Position numbers and translations under genes: made by a program. The notes below the pieces were generated by a model that was not told the DNA's origin, made no database searches, and saw nothing but the letters and a program-made list of their open reading frames with translations. Of a stretch of DNA of 64,000 bases, positions 48,330 through 59,459 are shown one piece after another; within the stretch, counting starts at the first letter, position 1; the number at the start of each line of letters is the position of its first letter. The stretch is taken from positions 1,504,001-1,568,000 of the forward strand of contig OZ219787.1 of the NCBI GenBank assembly GCA_964291285.2, written 5' to 3'. The stretch is from Alphaproteobacteria bacterium (GTDB taxonomy: Bacteria > Pseudomonadota > Alphaproteobacteria > Bin95).

Positions 48330-49204
48330 GGCCCTGTGGACGTATTGACTCAGGAGCGTGTTCAGGGATTCCCGTGCGAGGATTTGTCTGAATCATGAGG
48401 CGTCGGCGATTCGGGGGTTTCGTTGATGTCGACGAAGATGACGAATGGAGACTGGGAGGTTGCGCTGGAGGTTTTCCGGCTTTGCCTTCCGAGGCGGGGT
48501 GCGAAGGCGAAGGACGACCGTCTGTTTCTGGAGGCGCTGCACTTCTTTGCGGTTCACAACATCACCTGGCGGGCGCTGCCGGAGCGGTTCGGGCACTGGA
48601 ATACGGTATGGCGGCGTTTTCACCGTCTGAGCCGTTCAGGGGTGTTCGAGGACTTTTTCGCCACGCTGGCGGATTTGAGCAGCACGGCGCACCTGGTTCA
48701 GATGTTCGATTCGACCGTGACCCGCGCGCATGTATCGGCGGCCGGCGCAAAAGGGGGCAGCAGGGTCAGGCGCTTGGACGCTCGCGGGGCGGTTTCAGCA
48801 CCAAAATCCACCTGAAGACCGATTTCGACGGCCTGCCGATCGCCTTCGACCTGACCGGCGGCGAGGCAGCCGACAGTCCGCATTTCGAGACCCTGATGGA
48901 CATCGGCCCCGATGTCCGGCCCCGCGCCATCGTCGCCGACAAGGGCTATGACAGCGCCGGAAACCGCCAACTCGCCCGGAAAAGAGGCGCCCTGACCGTC
49001 ATTCCCTACCGGAAGAACATCAAAAACAGGCCAAAGCGCTTCGCAAGCGCGCTCTACAGAGGACGGGCGCGCATCGAACAGGCCGTCGGCAAGCTCAAAC
49101 GCTTCAAACGCATCGCCCTGCGCTGCGAAAAGACCGCCACAAACTTCAGCTCCTTCGTCGCACTCGCCGCTGCCTTCATCTTGATCAAATCCGTCCACAG
49201 GACC
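48330..49204 (+). mobile_element. IS5-family element (IS427-like group)
   Basis: IRs GGCCCTGTGGACGTATTGA / rc GGTCCTGTGGACGGATTTGA; TA duplication. Confidence 0.9.
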
Positions 49205-49207
49205 TAG
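48426..49207 (+). CDS. IS5 transposase, orfA/orfB joined by a probable -1 frameshift
   Basis: WRALPERFG.W, DST; slippery AAAAGGGGG at 48749-48757; GRSRGGFSTKIH, ADKGYD, R.RIE. Confidence 0.88.
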
Positions 49208-49503
49208 GGCGGCGCGGATTTACAGTTCTACGGCCGAGCCGTATCTTTATGTGAACGTAAACATTGTTGGCCCGGCATTTGGAATTGGAGTCTATTACAA
49301 CAAAGTATTACTGGATGCTGCATCGGGAGAATACAACTATGCCAAGACTTGGCAATCTGGCAGTACTGGGACGCATGGTAGGAATTCGAATTACGTCTTG
49401 TCATCGGTATCACAGCACACGGATCGATTCGTTGACGAATATCTCCGTGTAAATGACGAGGCGTGCAAGCGCTGATTGGGGACATGGTGGCAACATAAGC
49501 CAC

Positions 49504-50103
49504 TCAGTCCAGAATCTCGAAATGGGCTTCCGTCGGCTCGCGCCCCACGCCGTTGATCGGCAGGATGTCCTGCGGGCAGGCGGAGAAGACGACGACGACA
49601 TCGAGATCGGCCTCGAACAGCACATAATCGCCCGGCTTGGTGACGGGCGCGGCGAAGGTCAAGCCGCCGCCTTCCTCCCAGGGAATGTGCATGAACAGGT
49701 TGAGCGGCGACGGCGTCTCCGGCGGCGTCAGGCCGAGTTCGTAGAGGGCGGCGGCGAGATTGTCCGTGCAATTGTCGTGGTACTCCGTGCAGCCGAGCAG
49801 GCCGTAGCGGTAGTTGTCGCAGGCCGCCATCAGCGTGTCGTGGACGCCGGGCGAGGTGTCCTCGATGAGGGTGAGGATCGGCCGGCGCCGGTTGCTGTAG
49901 AGCGCGTCGCCGACCTCCGGGCGCATTTTCGTCAAGGTCGCGCGAGTGTGCTCCATCGACATGAACTCGCGCAGGTCGCGCCGCGCGAAAGCCCAGGTGT
50001 CCACCACCTGCTCGCCGTGCGTGTTGACGACCTTCACCTTCTGCCCCTTGCGCGCGAACGCCGCCTTGCCGCTGCGCGCGGGGATGGTCCGAAGCCCGGA
50101 CAT
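49504..50103 (-). CDS. urea carboxylase-associated family protein (DUF1989)
   Basis: QVVDTWAF, HDTLMAAC, CTDNL, LNLFM, SACPQD. Confidence 0.88.
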   Translation of the reverse strand: MSGLRTIPARSGKAAFARKGQKVKVVNTHGEQVVDTWAFARRDLREFMSMEHTRATLTKMRPEVGDALYSNRRRPILTLIEDTSPGVHDTLMAACDNYRYGLLGCTEYHDNCTDNLAAALYELGLTPPETPSPLNLFMHIPWEEGGGLTFAAPVTKPGDYVLFEADLDVVVVFSACPQDILPINGVGREPTEAHFEILD

Positions 50104-50255
50104 GACGCGCCTCCCATGCTCGCCGGAACCGGCAGGATGAAACGCGCGGCCAGCCGGGGTCAAGCCGCCGGCTGGGGCCCCGCGCGCTTTCGCAGCGTTG
50201 ACCGGCGGCGGCGGGCGTGGCGTATTGGCGCCCTTGCCGCATGGGGGAGGAAACC

Positions 50256-51302
50256 ATGCCAAGGGACCGTGAAACGGATTTGCCGCGCTACGCCGCGCCG
50301 GCGCGGCCGCTCGGGGCCTATCCGCGTCTGCGCGCCCGGCGCAACCGCCGCGCCGGGTGGACGCGCGCCCTGGTCGCCGAAAGCCGCCTCGGGCCGCAGG
50401 ATTTCATCTGGCCGCTCTTCGTCGTCGACGGCGAGGGCGTGTCGCAGCCCGTGCCCTCCATGCCGGGCGTGTGCCGCTGGTCGGTGGAATTGCTGGTCGA
50501 GCGGGTGCAGAAGGCGCGGGACGCCGGCATTCCGGCCGTTGCGCTCTTCCCCTATGTCAATCCCGCGCTCAAGACGCATGACGGTGAACACGCGCTCGAC
50601 TCGGAGAACATCGTCTGCCGCGCGATCCGGGCGGTGAAGGCGGCCATGCCGGAGATGGGCGTCGTCTGCGACGTGGCGCTCGACCCGTTCACCACCCACG
50701 GCCAGGACGGCATCGTGCGCGACGGGCGCATCCTGAACGACGAGACCGTGCACGTGCTCTGCGAGCAGGCGCGGGTGCAGGTCGAGGCCGGCTGCGACGT
50801 GATCGCGCCCTCCGACATGATGGACGGGCGCGTGGGCGCAATTCGCGACACGCTCGATGCCGCAGGGCATGAGGACGCCTCGATCCTCGCCTATTCCGCC
50901 AAATACGCCTCGGCCTTCTACGGGCCCTTCCGGGATGCGGTCGGCTCCGCCGGCGCGCTCGGCGCGGCCGACAAGAAGACCTACCAGATGGACCCGGCGA
51001 ACACGGAGGAGGCGCTCCGCGAAATCGCGGCCGACCTCGCCGAAGGTGCCGACATGGTGATGGTCAAGCCGGGCCTGGCCTATCTCGATGTCATCCACCG
51101 GGTGAAGGAGCTCTTCGGCGCGCCGACCGTCGCCTACAACGTCTCCGGCGAATACTCGATGCTCAAGGCGGCGGGCGAGCGCGGCTGGCTCGACTACGAC
51201 CTCGTGCTGCTGGAGAGCCTGATGGCCTTCAAGCGCGCCGGCGCCGACGCCATCCTCACCTACGCCGCCATGGAGGCCTGCGAGCTTCTGGCGGCCAGGT
51301 GA
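50256..51302 (+). CDS. hemB: porphobilinogen synthase
   Basis: DVALDPFTTHGQDG, PSDMMDGR, SAFYGPFRDA, MVKPG, SGEYSM. Confidence 0.97.
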   Translation: MPRDRETDLPRYAAPARPLGAYPRLRARRNRRAGWTRALVAESRLGPQDFIWPLFVVDGEGVSQPVPSMPGVCRWSVELLVERVQKARDAGIPAVALFPYVNPALKTHDGEHALDSENIVCRAIRAVKAAMPEMGVVCDVALDPFTTHGQDGIVRDGRILNDETVHVLCEQARVQVEAGCDVIAPSDMMDGRVGAIRDTLDAAGHEDASILAYSAKYASAFYGPFRDAVGSAGALGAADKKTYQMDPANTEEALREIAADLAEGADMVMVKPGLAYLDVIHRVKELFGAPTVAYNVSGEYSMLKAAGERGWLDYDLVLLESLMAFKRAGADAILTYAAMEACELLAAR

Positions 51303-51320
51303 TTTGACGAACGCCCTCCC

Positions 51321-51638
51321 TTACGGGTGCGGACCCCAGGGGGCGGCGAGGAGGAGCTGGTTCTGCTGCGTCATGATGAGCGGGCGGATCTTGCCGGCGA
51401 AGGTCCTGAACGCCTCGTCCGCGTAGAGCGTTGACCAGTGCCGGCGGCGGTCGGCGTCGTCGTCGAACTTCCAGAGATGGACGAGCTGGTTCAGCGCGCC
51501 CGCATCGGACTGGAAATAGCCCACCAGCTTGTCGCTGTGCGGCTCCAGCGCCGGCCAGCCATATTTCGAATACACCTCGACCGCCTCGCCCATCTTGCCG
51601 ACATAGAGCGTGTAGGTGCGCAGTTCGTAGAGAGCCAT
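51321..51638 (-). CDS. NIPSNAP family protein
   Basis: YELRTY, LVGYF, LNQLVHLW. Confidence 0.88.
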   Translation of the reverse strand: MALYELRTYTLYVGKMGEAVEVYSKYGWPALEPHSDKLVGYFQSDAGALNQLVHLWKFDDDADRRRHWSTLYADEAFRTFAGKIRPLIMTQQNQLLLAAPWGPHP

Positions 51639-51668
51639 TGCCGATTTCCTTCCCTTTTCCGTCTCCGC

Positions 51669-52553
51669 TCAGCCGCCGACGACCTTCACGTCGGCATTGC
51701 GTTCGATCGTGCGGATCAACTCGTTCACGTCCTCGCCGCCGCCATGCTCGTTGACGGCCTGCTGGAACAGGTTGCGCGCCACATTGGCCATGAACATCGG
51801 CGCGCCACTGTCCGCGCCGAGCTGGGTTGCGAGGCGCACGTCCTTCAACATGAGCTCCAGCGCGAAATTGGACTTGCCGGACCCGTCGACGAGGCGCGGC
51901 AGGGTGAACTCGGTCGTGTAGCTGCGCGCGGAGCCCTTGTGCAGCACCTCGGCGCAGGCGGCGAGGCTGAGGCCGTTCTTCACCCCCATCGCCACGGCTT
52001 CGAAGGTGGCGGCGCGCACGCTCGCGGCGATGACATTGTTGACGAGCTTCATGGCGTGGCCCGCGCCCACATCGCCGCAATGGAAGACATTGGGGCTGAT
52101 CGCCTCGAAGGTGGAACGCATGCGCGCGAATTGGGCCTCCGTGCCGCCGGCCATGATGGCGATGGTGCCGGCGAGCGCGCCGTGCGGGCCGCCCGAGACC
52201 GGCGCGTCGATCAGCTCCAGCCCGCGCTCCGCCAGCTCCGCCGCCATGGCGCGGGTGGCGTTCGGGTCGCCGGTCGTCTGGTCCACGATGATGCCGCCCG
52301 GCGCCATGCCCGCGGCCAGCCCGCCCTCGCCGAAAATGGCGTCGCGCACCTCGTTCGAGGTCGGCAGGCAGAGCAGCACCGCGTCGCAGGCCTGCCCGAG
52401 CGCCTCCAGGCTCTGCGCCGGCTGCGCGCCCGCCGGCGCCATGTCCTGCAACGCCTCGGGCCGGAGGTCGAAGGCCCTGAGCTTGCGGCTCAGCAGCAGC
52501 CGCCGCGCGAGCGCCCCGCCCATATTGCCGAGGCCGGCATATCCGAGTTCCAT
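51669..52553 (-). CDS. 3-hydroxyisobutyrate dehydrogenase-family NAD(P)-dependent oxidoreductase
   Basis: GLGNMG, DAPVSGG, KLVNN, LMLKD. Confidence 0.92.
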   Translation of the reverse strand: MELGYAGLGNMGGALARRLLLSRKLRAFDLRPEALQDMAPAGAQPAQSLEALGQACDAVLLCLPTSNEVRDAIFGEGGLAAGMAPGGIIVDQTTGDPNATRAMAAELAERGLELIDAPVSGGPHGALAGTIAIMAGGTEAQFARMRSTFEAISPNVFHCGDVGAGHAMKLVNNVIAASVRAATFEAVAMGVKNGLSLAACAEVLHKGSARSYTTEFTLPRLVDGSGKSNFALELMLKDVRLATQLGADSGAPMFMANVARNLFQQAVNEHGGGEDVNELIRTIERNADVKVVGG

Positions 52554-52632
52554 GAAACGCGCTCCCTCTCTTCCGTAATGCCCCTGCGAGCGAGAATAGT
52601 GCAGCCGCGAGCTGATTGCACAACGCCGGTCG

Positions 52633-54414
52633 TCAGCGCTTCTTCGGCAGGTCCAGGCGCACCGACAGCTCTTTCAGCCGGGGAGCCTCGACCGGGGCGG
52701 GGGCGCCCATCATCAGGTCCTGGCCCTGCTGGTTCATCGGGAAGGCGATCACCTCGCGGATGTTGGGCTCGTCGGCGAGCAGCATCACGATGCGGTCGAT
52801 GCCGGGGGCCGACCCGCCGTGCGGCGGCGCGCCGAATTCGAGCGCCGAGAGCATGCCGCCGAAGCGCGACTCGACCACGTCCGGCCCGTAGCCGGCGATC
52901 TCGAACGCCTTGTACATGATGGCCGGGTCGTGGTTGCGGATGGCCCCGGACGAGAGCTCGACGCCGTTGCAGACGATGTCGTATTGGAAGGCCTTGATCT
53001 CCAGCGGGTCCATGCTTTCCAGCGCTTCCAGCCCGCCCTGCGGCATGGAGAAGGGGTTGTGGCTGAAGCCGACCCGGCCGGTGGCCGCGTCCTGTTCGTA
53101 CATCGGGAAATCGACGATCCAGCAGAAGCGGAACGCGCCTTTCTCCAGCAGGTCGAGGTCTTCGCCGAGCTTCGTGCGGGCCGCGCCGGCAAGCTCTGCG
53201 GCCTTGTCCGGCTTGTCCGCGGCGAAGAACACGGCGTCGCCCGGGCCCGCGCCCGTCGCCTCGCGCAGCGCCTCGACGCGCGGCTCGTCCAGGAAACGGG
53301 CGATGGGCCCCCGCGCACCGCTCTCGTCGAGCGTGACATAGGCGAGGCCGCCGGCGCCCCGCTCGCGGGCCCAGTCCTGCATCCGGTCGAAATAGCTGCG
53401 CGGCTGCGCGGCCCCGCCGGGGGCCGGAATGGCGCGCACCACGCCGCCCCGCTCAATGCCGCGCTCGAAGATCGAGAAGCCCGAACCCCGGAATATCTCC
53501 GTGGCCTCGGCGATCTCTATGGGATTGCGGAGGTCCGGCTTGTCGGAGCCGTATTTCAGCATGGCCTCGTCGAAGCCGATGCGCGGGAAGGGCGGCGGCG
53601 TGACCTCGCGGCCGTCCGCAAACTCCTCGAACACGCCGGCCAGAACCGGCTCGATGGCGGCGAACACATCCTCCTGCGTCACGAACGCCATCTCGAAGTC
53701 GAGCTGGTAGAACTCGCCGGGCGAGCGGTCGGCGCGCGCGTCCTCATCGCGGAAGCAGGGCGCGATCTGGAAATAGCGGTCGAAGCCCGCGATCATCAGC
53801 AACTGCTTGAACTGCTGCGGCGCCTGCGGCAGGGCGTAGAAATTGCCGGGATGCAGCCGCGAGGGCACCAGGAAGTCGCGCGCGCCCTCGGGGCTTTCCG
53901 CGGTCAGGATGGGCGTCTGGAACTCGCGGAAGCCCTGCTCGATCATCCGCCGGCGGATCGAGGCGATGATGTCGGAGCGCAGCGCGATATTGCGCTGCAT
54001 CTTGTCGCGGCGCAGATCGAGGAAGCGGTAGCGCAGCCGCACCTCCTCGCCGTAATCCTCCTCGCTGTTCACCTGGAGCGGCAGCGGCTCGGCCGCGCCC
54101 TGCACGGCGATCTCGCGGATCGAGACCTCGACCTCGCCGGTCGGCAGCGCCGGGTTGACCGTCTCGGCGTCGCGCTCGACGCATTCGCCGGTGATCGTGA
54201 GCACGGTTTCGTTGCGCGCCGCGTCCAGCACCGCAAAGGTCTCCGCACGGCTCGAATCGACCACGCATTGCGTCAGCCCGTAGCGATCCCGCAGGTCCAC
54301 GAACAGGAGGCCGCCATGGTCGCGCTTGCGGTGGACCCAGCCGGAGAGGCGGACGGTGCTGCCGACATCGGTGCGGCGCAGCGCGCCGCAATCGTGTGTG
54401 CGATAGGGGTGCAT
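52633..54414 (-). CDS. aspS: aspartate--tRNA ligase
   Basis: [45 protein letters not shown]. Confidence 0.98.
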   Translation of the reverse strand: MHPYRTHDCGALRRTDVGSTVRLSGWVHRKRDHGGLLFVDLRDRYGLTQCVVDSSRAETFAVLDAARNETVLTITGECVERDAETVNPALPTGEVEVSIREIAVQGAAEPLPLQVNSEEDYGEEVRLRYRFLDLRRDKMQRNIALRSDIIASIRRRMIEQGFREFQTPILTAESPEGARDFLVPSRLHPGNFYALPQAPQQFKQLLMIAGFDRYFQIAPCFRDEDARADRSPGEFYQLDFEMAFVTQEDVFAAIEPVLAGVFEEFADGREVTPPPFPRIGFDEAMLKYGSDKPDLRNPIEIAEATEIFRGSGFSIFERGIERGGVVRAIPAPGGAAQPRSYFDRMQDWARERGAGGLAYVTLDESGARGPIARFLDEPRVEALREATGAGPGDAVFFAADKPDKAAELAGAARTKLGEDLDLLEKGAFRFCWIVDFPMYEQDAATGRVGFSHNPFSMPQGGLEALESMDPLEIKAFQYDIVCNGVELSSGAIRNHDPAIMYKAFEIAGYGPDVVESRFGGMLSALEFGAPPHGGSAPGIDRIVMLLADEPNIREVIAFPMNQQGQDLMMGAPAPVEAPRLKELSVRLDLPKKR

Positions 54415-54505
54415 GGGATTCGGGCTCGTCTCGCGAAGGTCGCGCGGGAATGGGATGAGAGGGCTGGCTTGTCAAGCCGCGTAGCGCACCTTATGAGCCC
54501 GCCCC

Positions 54506-55681
54506 ATGCCTTCTTCGACATTGCCGACCCCCGACCCGGACCCCATCGAGACACAGGCCGAGCTGGAGGCGTTCTGCGCCCGGCTGCAGGACGCGGACTA
54601 TGTGACGGTCGATACCGAATTCATGCGGGAATCGACCTACTGGCCGCGGCTCTGCCTGATCCAGCTTGCGGACGCGGAAGCCGCCCGGGCGGTCGATACG
54701 CTCGCGTCCGGACTCGACCTCAAGCCCGTCTGGCGGTTGCTGGCTTCGCCCGTGCCCAAGGTCATGCACGCCGCGCGCCAGGACATCGAGATCTTCTTCC
54801 ATATGGGCGGGGTCATTCCCGAGCCGCTGCTCGACACGCAAGTGGGCGCCATGGTCTGCGGCTTCGGCGACCAGGCGGCCTATGACACGCTGGTAAAGCA
54901 CTTCGCCGGGCGGCGGCTCGACAAGCGCGCCCGGTTCGCCGACTGGTCGCGCCGCCCCCTTCCCGAACGGCAGATCGACTATGCGCTCGCCGATGTCGTC
55001 TGGCTGCGCGCCGTCTACGAGGGTTTGGCGGGGGAACTCCGCCGCAACGGCCGCGCCGACTGGGTGGAGGAGGAAGAGGCCGTGCTGCTGGACCCCGAGA
55101 CCTACCGACTCGACCCCGAGCATGCCTGGAAGCGCCTCAAGACCCGTAGCGGCGACTCAGCCTATCTTGCAGTCATCCGCGCGGTTGCGGCCTGGCGGGA
55201 GCGCGAGGCCCAGCGGCTCGACCTGCCGCGCAACCGCGTGCTGCGCGACGACGCCCTGCTCGATGTGGCGGCCCAGGCGCCGGCGGACGCGGACGCGCTG
55301 GCCCATTGCCGGGGCGTGACGCGCGGCATGGCGACCGGGCGGCTCGGTCCGGGCCTGCTGGCGGCCGTGGCCGAGGGCAAGGCCGTGCCGCCGGAAGACC
55401 GCCCGCAGCCGGCGCCGCAGAGGGAACGGCCTCGAGGCGTCGGTCCCGCGATGGAGCTGCTGCGCGTGCTGCTCAAGGCGCGCGTGGAGCACGAGGGCGT
55501 GGCGCAGAAACTGGTCGCCAGCAGCGAAGACCTGGAAGACCTGGCGGGCGGCGCAGAGGACGGGCCCCTGCTCAGGGGATGGCGTAGGGAGCTGTTCGGC
55601 GCGGACGCCCAGCGCCTGCTTCGGGGCGAACTGGCGCTGACCTTGAAGCGGGGCCGGGTGGAGGTGTCAGAGCTCCCGTAG
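54506..55681 (+). CDS. rnd: ribonuclease D
   Basis: DTEF, LCLIQ, HAARQD, DW..RPL, YALADV, HRDC region, GWRR. Confidence 0.95.
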   Translation: MPSSTLPTPDPDPIETQAELEAFCARLQDADYVTVDTEFMRESTYWPRLCLIQLADAEAARAVDTLASGLDLKPVWRLLASPVPKVMHAARQDIEIFFHMGGVIPEPLLDTQVGAMVCGFGDQAAYDTLVKHFAGRRLDKRARFADWSRRPLPERQIDYALADVVWLRAVYEGLAGELRRNGRADWVEEEEAVLLDPETYRLDPEHAWKRLKTRSGDSAYLAVIRAVAAWREREAQRLDLPRNRVLRDDALLDVAAQAPADADALAHCRGVTRGMATGRLGPGLLAAVAEGKAVPPEDRPQPAPQRERPRGVGPAMELLRVLLKARVEHEGVAQKLVASSEDLEDLAGGAEDGPLLRGWRRELFGADAQRLLRGELALTLKRGRVEVSELP

Positions 55682-57127
55682 CTCCGCCGAGACGTCGAGC
55701 GCTGCGGCGAGCGCAGCCAGGCGGCGCTCGACTTCCGGGCTCATGAAATCCCGGTGGACGAAGAGCGTGAGCGTCCTGGATTTCCGCCTGAGCCGCGCGC
55801 CCTCGATGCCGGGCGCGAGGGTCATGGCCAGCCGGAGCGCGAGGCCCACCGAGAGCGCCCTGTCGCGGGCATCCTCCGCTATCAGCGTGCGCGCAGGCCC
55901 AGTCCAGTCCCGGTCGATGCGCCCGTCATAGCGCGCGGCCATGACGAGGCCGAGAAAGGCGCGTTCCGGGTGCTCGATAGCGACGGCGGGCAGGCGGAAG
56001 GCCCGCATAAAGGCGTGCTCCGCGCGATAGGACGGATGCTCCATGCCGGCGATATCGACGAGGCGGCAAGCCGCTTCCGCGATGCGCTCCTCGGCGGGCG
56101 AGAGGCCCAGGCCCAGCGCGGAGACCCAGGCCATGAGGGTGTCCGGAGTCATGCGCTGGCGGGCGCCGCTGCGCCCGATGCGGGTGCAGACAGCGAGCAG
56201 AGGGTCCCGTCTGCGCTGCTTTTTGCGTTGGCGGTGCAGCATCAGGCCTTCGCGCAGGCCGGCGCTTGAAAAGACGACCCGCTCTGGCCCGGTCCGATCG
56301 ATCAGCTGCAACATGATTTCGGCCGCCGCCGGCAGGTGCGGCCGGCGGCGCGGAGAGACCGGGGTAAGCTCGGCCAGGCTGCCGCTGCTCATCCGGGTCA
56401 ACATGCCGCAGAATGCGCGCGCCTCCCGCGCCGGCACCGCATATTGGTGGATGATGTCGAGGGGATGGCGGCTGTGGGTCAGGTGAAGCCGTGCCCAGGC
56501 CCGCCACGACCCGCCGATGCAGAAAAGGCTGCCCGGCGGACCGGAGCGCTGCAGCCAGCCCGCGCCGTCCAGGCTTGCAGCGACATGCCGGGCGGTTTCC
56601 TTGCGGCTCCCATTGTCGGCGAGGCGAAGCACGCCCAACGGAAAACTGTCGTTGTCGGCGGCGCGGCCGCCCCCGACGCGCACGAGTTCGAGGCTGCCGC
56701 CGCCGAGGTCGGCCACGACGCCAGCCGCATCGGGAATGGCGCCGAGGACCCCCCGCGCGCCCGCCATCGCTTCGTCAGCGCCGCTCAGGATCTCGATGGT
56801 CCGTCCGCTCGCTTGCTCCAGATGGCGGGCGAACTCGGCCCCGTCGCTGGCGTCGCGCATCGCGGCGGTTGCATAGGCCTCGAACCGGTCCACCTGCAGC
56901 AGCGCGGCGATATTGATGAACCGCAGAAAAGCCTGCTCGGCAAGCGCGCAGCCCGCCGGGTTCAGCCTGCCGGTGCGGTTCAAGTCCGCGCCGAGCTGGC
57001 AGGTCGCCTTGTCGTTGAAGAGCGGGCGGAAGCTGTCCAGCCGGTTGCCATAGACAACCAGCCGCACGGAATTGGAGCCGATATCGACAATGCCGACCCG
57101 GCGCGAGGCCCGCGTCTGCTGTGACAC
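55667..57127 (-). CDS. ppx: Ppx/GppA exopolyphosphatase
   Basis: DIGSNSVRL, TAAMR, DLGGGSLE, GLREG. Confidence 0.93.
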   Translation of the reverse strand: MSQQTRASRRVGIVDIGSNSVRLVVYGNRLDSFRPLFNDKATCQLGADLNRTGRLNPAGCALAEQAFLRFINIAALLQVDRFEAYATAAMRDASDGAEFARHLEQASGRTIEILSGADEAMAGARGVLGAIPDAAGVVADLGGGSLELVRVGGGRAADNDSFPLGVLRLADNGSRKETARHVAASLDGAGWLQRSGPPGSLFCIGGSWRAWARLHLTHSRHPLDIIHQYAVPAREARAFCGMLTRMSSGSLAELTPVSPRRRPHLPAAAEIMLQLIDRTGPERVVFSSAGLREGLMLHRQRKKQRRRDPLLAVCTRIGRSGARQRMTPDTLMAWVSALGLGLSPAEERIAEAACRLVDIAGMEHPSYRAEHAFMRAFRLPAVAIEHPERAFLGLVMAARYDGRIDRDWTGPARTLIAEDARDRALSVGLALRLAMTLAPGIEGARLRRKSRTLTLFVHRDFMSPEVERRLAALAAALDVSAELREL

Positions 57128-57143
57128 TGGCGCGAAATCCGGG

Positions 57144-59285
57144 CTAAACGGGTGCGGGCAAGGGTTCGGGCTTCTTGGCCGAGCGCTCCAGCGCGCTCCC
57201 GCGTCCGGAAAGGCTCGGGTTCGTCATAAAATACTGGTGCGCGGAGAAGGGCACCAGGCCTGCCTCCGTGCGGGTATAGCTGCCGTCCGGGCCCAGCACC
57301 CAGCTCTGCGCCGTGTCGTTCAGATTGGCGACCATGATCTGGTCCAGTATCTGCTGGTGGACGGTCGGGTTGTCGATCGGCACGAATGCCTCAACGCGGC
57401 GGTAGAGGTTGCGCGGCATCCAGTCCGCCGAACTGATGAACACCCTGGCATGGGGAGAGGGCAGACCGCGGCCGGCGCCGAAGCAGGCAACGCGCGCATG
57501 TTCCAGAAATCGCCCGACAATGCTCTTGACCCGGATATTGTCCGACAGGCCCGGAACGCCCGGCCGCAGGCAGCAAATGCCGCGAACGACGAGGTCGATC
57601 TCCACGCCCGCAGCGGATGCGCGGTAGAGCGCGTCCACGACTTCGGGATCGACCAGCGCATTCATCTTGGCCCAGATCTGCGCCGGGCGCCCGGCCCGGG
57701 CGTGGGCGATTTCGTCTTCGATCAGCTCCAGCAGCCGGGGCGCCAGCGACAGCGGGGAGACGGCGATCCTGTCGAAGCGCTCAGGCTCCGCATAGCCGGT
57801 CGTGTAGTTGAAGAGGAGGGTTGCGTCGTTGCAGAGCGCCCGGTCCGTCGTGAAGAAGGACAGGTCCGTGTAGATGCGCGCATTGACCGGATGGTAGTTG
57901 CCGGTGCCGTAATGGGCGTAGCTGCGCAGCCCGTCGGCCTCGCGGCGGACGACGAGCGAGAGCTTGCAATGCGTCTTGAGGTCGATGAACCCATAAACCA
58001 CCAGCGCGCCGGCGCGCTCCAGGTTCCGGGCCCAGCGGATGTTGGCCTCCTCGTCGAACCGCGCCTTGAGCTCCACCAGCGCGGTGACCGACTTGCCGGC
58101 CTCCGCTGCCTCGATCAGCGCCGCGACGATGGGCGAGTCCTCCGAGGTCCGGTAGAGCGTTTGCTTGATCGCCACCACGTCCGGATCGCGCGCCGCCTGG
58201 CGCAGGAAGCGCACGACGACATCGAAGCTCTCATAGGGGTGGTGGACGACGATGTCCTTGGCGCGGATGGCGGCGAAGCAGTCGCCGCCGAAATCGCGGA
58301 TGCGCTCCGGGAAGCGGGGCTCGAAGGGCTGAAACAGAAGGTCCGGCCGCCGCCCGTCGATGAGCTGATCCATGTCGCCAAGGCCGACGGGGCCTTCCAG
58401 TGTGAACACGTCGCCGATCTCGGCTCCGAGCCGCCTTGTGAGCGCTATCGCGAGCGCCTGCGGCATCCTCGAATCGATGGACAGCTGCACCACATTGCCG
58501 CGCCGCCGCCGCCTGAGCGCCGACTCGAACAGGCGGACCAGGTCCTCCGCCTCCTCCTCGATCTCCATCTCGCTGTCGCGGATGACGCGGTAGGAGCCGG
58601 CCCCGCGCAACTCGAACCTCGGGAAGAGACGCCCGAGGAAAAGCGCGATCATGTCCTCTATGGCCAGATAGCGCCGCGCCGGGCCAGGCAGCGCGACGAA
58701 GCGGTCCAGCTTGCCGGGAATCGGCACCAGCGCCTCGAAGTCGCGCCCGTCCGACGGGCTGTGGAGGTCCACTGCCAGCCCGAAGCCTGAATTGGGAATG
58801 AACGGGAAGGGATGCGCCGGATCGACCGTGAGCGGCGTCAGCACCGGAAACACGTCGCTCATGAAATAGGTTTCGAGCCAGTTCCGGTCCTCCCCGGAGA
58901 GGGTGCGGCCGTCCACGAGGTCGATGCCCGCCCGGCGCAGCTCCGGCTGCAGGCGCCGCCAGCAGGCCTGCTGGCCGGCCACCAGGGTGCGGGCACGGCT
59001 GTCTATGGCTTCCAGCTGTTGCGCCGGTGTCAGCCCGTCGGCGCTCGGCGTGCGCACGCCAGCGGCCTCCTGGCCCTTCAGGCCGGCCACGCGGACCATG
59101 TAGAACTCGTCGAGATTCTGTGCGGAGATGGAGAGGAAGCGCAGCCGCTCCAGAAGCGGGTGGGCCGGGTTCGACGCCTCTTCCAGCACGCGCTCGTTGA
59201 AGGCCAGCCAAGACACCTCGCGGTTGATGAACCGCGCCGGCGACTCCAACTCCGACCACTCGAATGCGCCACCGTCTATCGGCAT
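57144..59285 (-). CDS. ppk1: polyphosphate kinase 1
   Basis: [41 protein letters not shown]. Confidence 0.97.
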   Translation of the reverse strand: MPIDGGAFEWSELESPARFINREVSWLAFNERVLEEASNPAHPLLERLRFLSISAQNLDEFYMVRVAGLKGQEAAGVRTPSADGLTPAQQLEAIDSRARTLVAGQQACWRRLQPELRRAGIDLVDGRTLSGEDRNWLETYFMSDVFPVLTPLTVDPAHPFPFIPNSGFGLAVDLHSPSDGRDFEALVPIPGKLDRFVALPGPARRYLAIEDMIALFLGRLFPRFELRGAGSYRVIRDSEMEIEEEAEDLVRLFESALRRRRRGNVVQLSIDSRMPQALAIALTRRLGAEIGDVFTLEGPVGLGDMDQLIDGRRPDLLFQPFEPRFPERIRDFGGDCFAAIRAKDIVVHHPYESFDVVVRFLRQAARDPDVVAIKQTLYRTSEDSPIVAALIEAAEAGKSVTALVELKARFDEEANIRWARNLERAGALVVYGFIDLKTHCKLSLVVRREADGLRSYAHYGTGNYHPVNARIYTDLSFFTTDRALCNDATLLFNYTTGYAEPERFDRIAVSPLSLAPRLLELIEDEIAHARAGRPAQIWAKMNALVDPEVVDALYRASAAGVEIDLVVRGICCLRPGVPGLSDNIRVKSIVGRFLEHARVACFGAGRGLPSPHARVFISSADWMPRNLYRRVEAFVPIDNPTVHQQILDQIMVANLNDTAQSWVLGPDGSYTRTEAGLVPFSAHQYFMTNPSLSGRGSALERSAKKPEPLPAPV

Positions 59286-59459
59286 GGTCCTGCGCGGCTC
59301 CTTTCGGCCCCGAACGCGCATCCCGCTTCTCCGGCAACCCGGAATTCCAGCGGAGTTATACACCAACTCTCGCGCGGTTACGCCCGGAGGCGACGCAGGC
59401 CGTGACATCGGCGAGAAATCCGGGCTAGCTTGTGCGCTCCGATCCGGATGGGAATGATT

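Larger units (their letters stand above)
48122..49475 (+). pseudogene. secreted hypothetical protein interrupted by IS5
   Basis: Signal peptide (LLAAAVLFCSALASAQE); rejoins in frame (SRL|RAARIY) across the IS. Confidence 0.75.
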
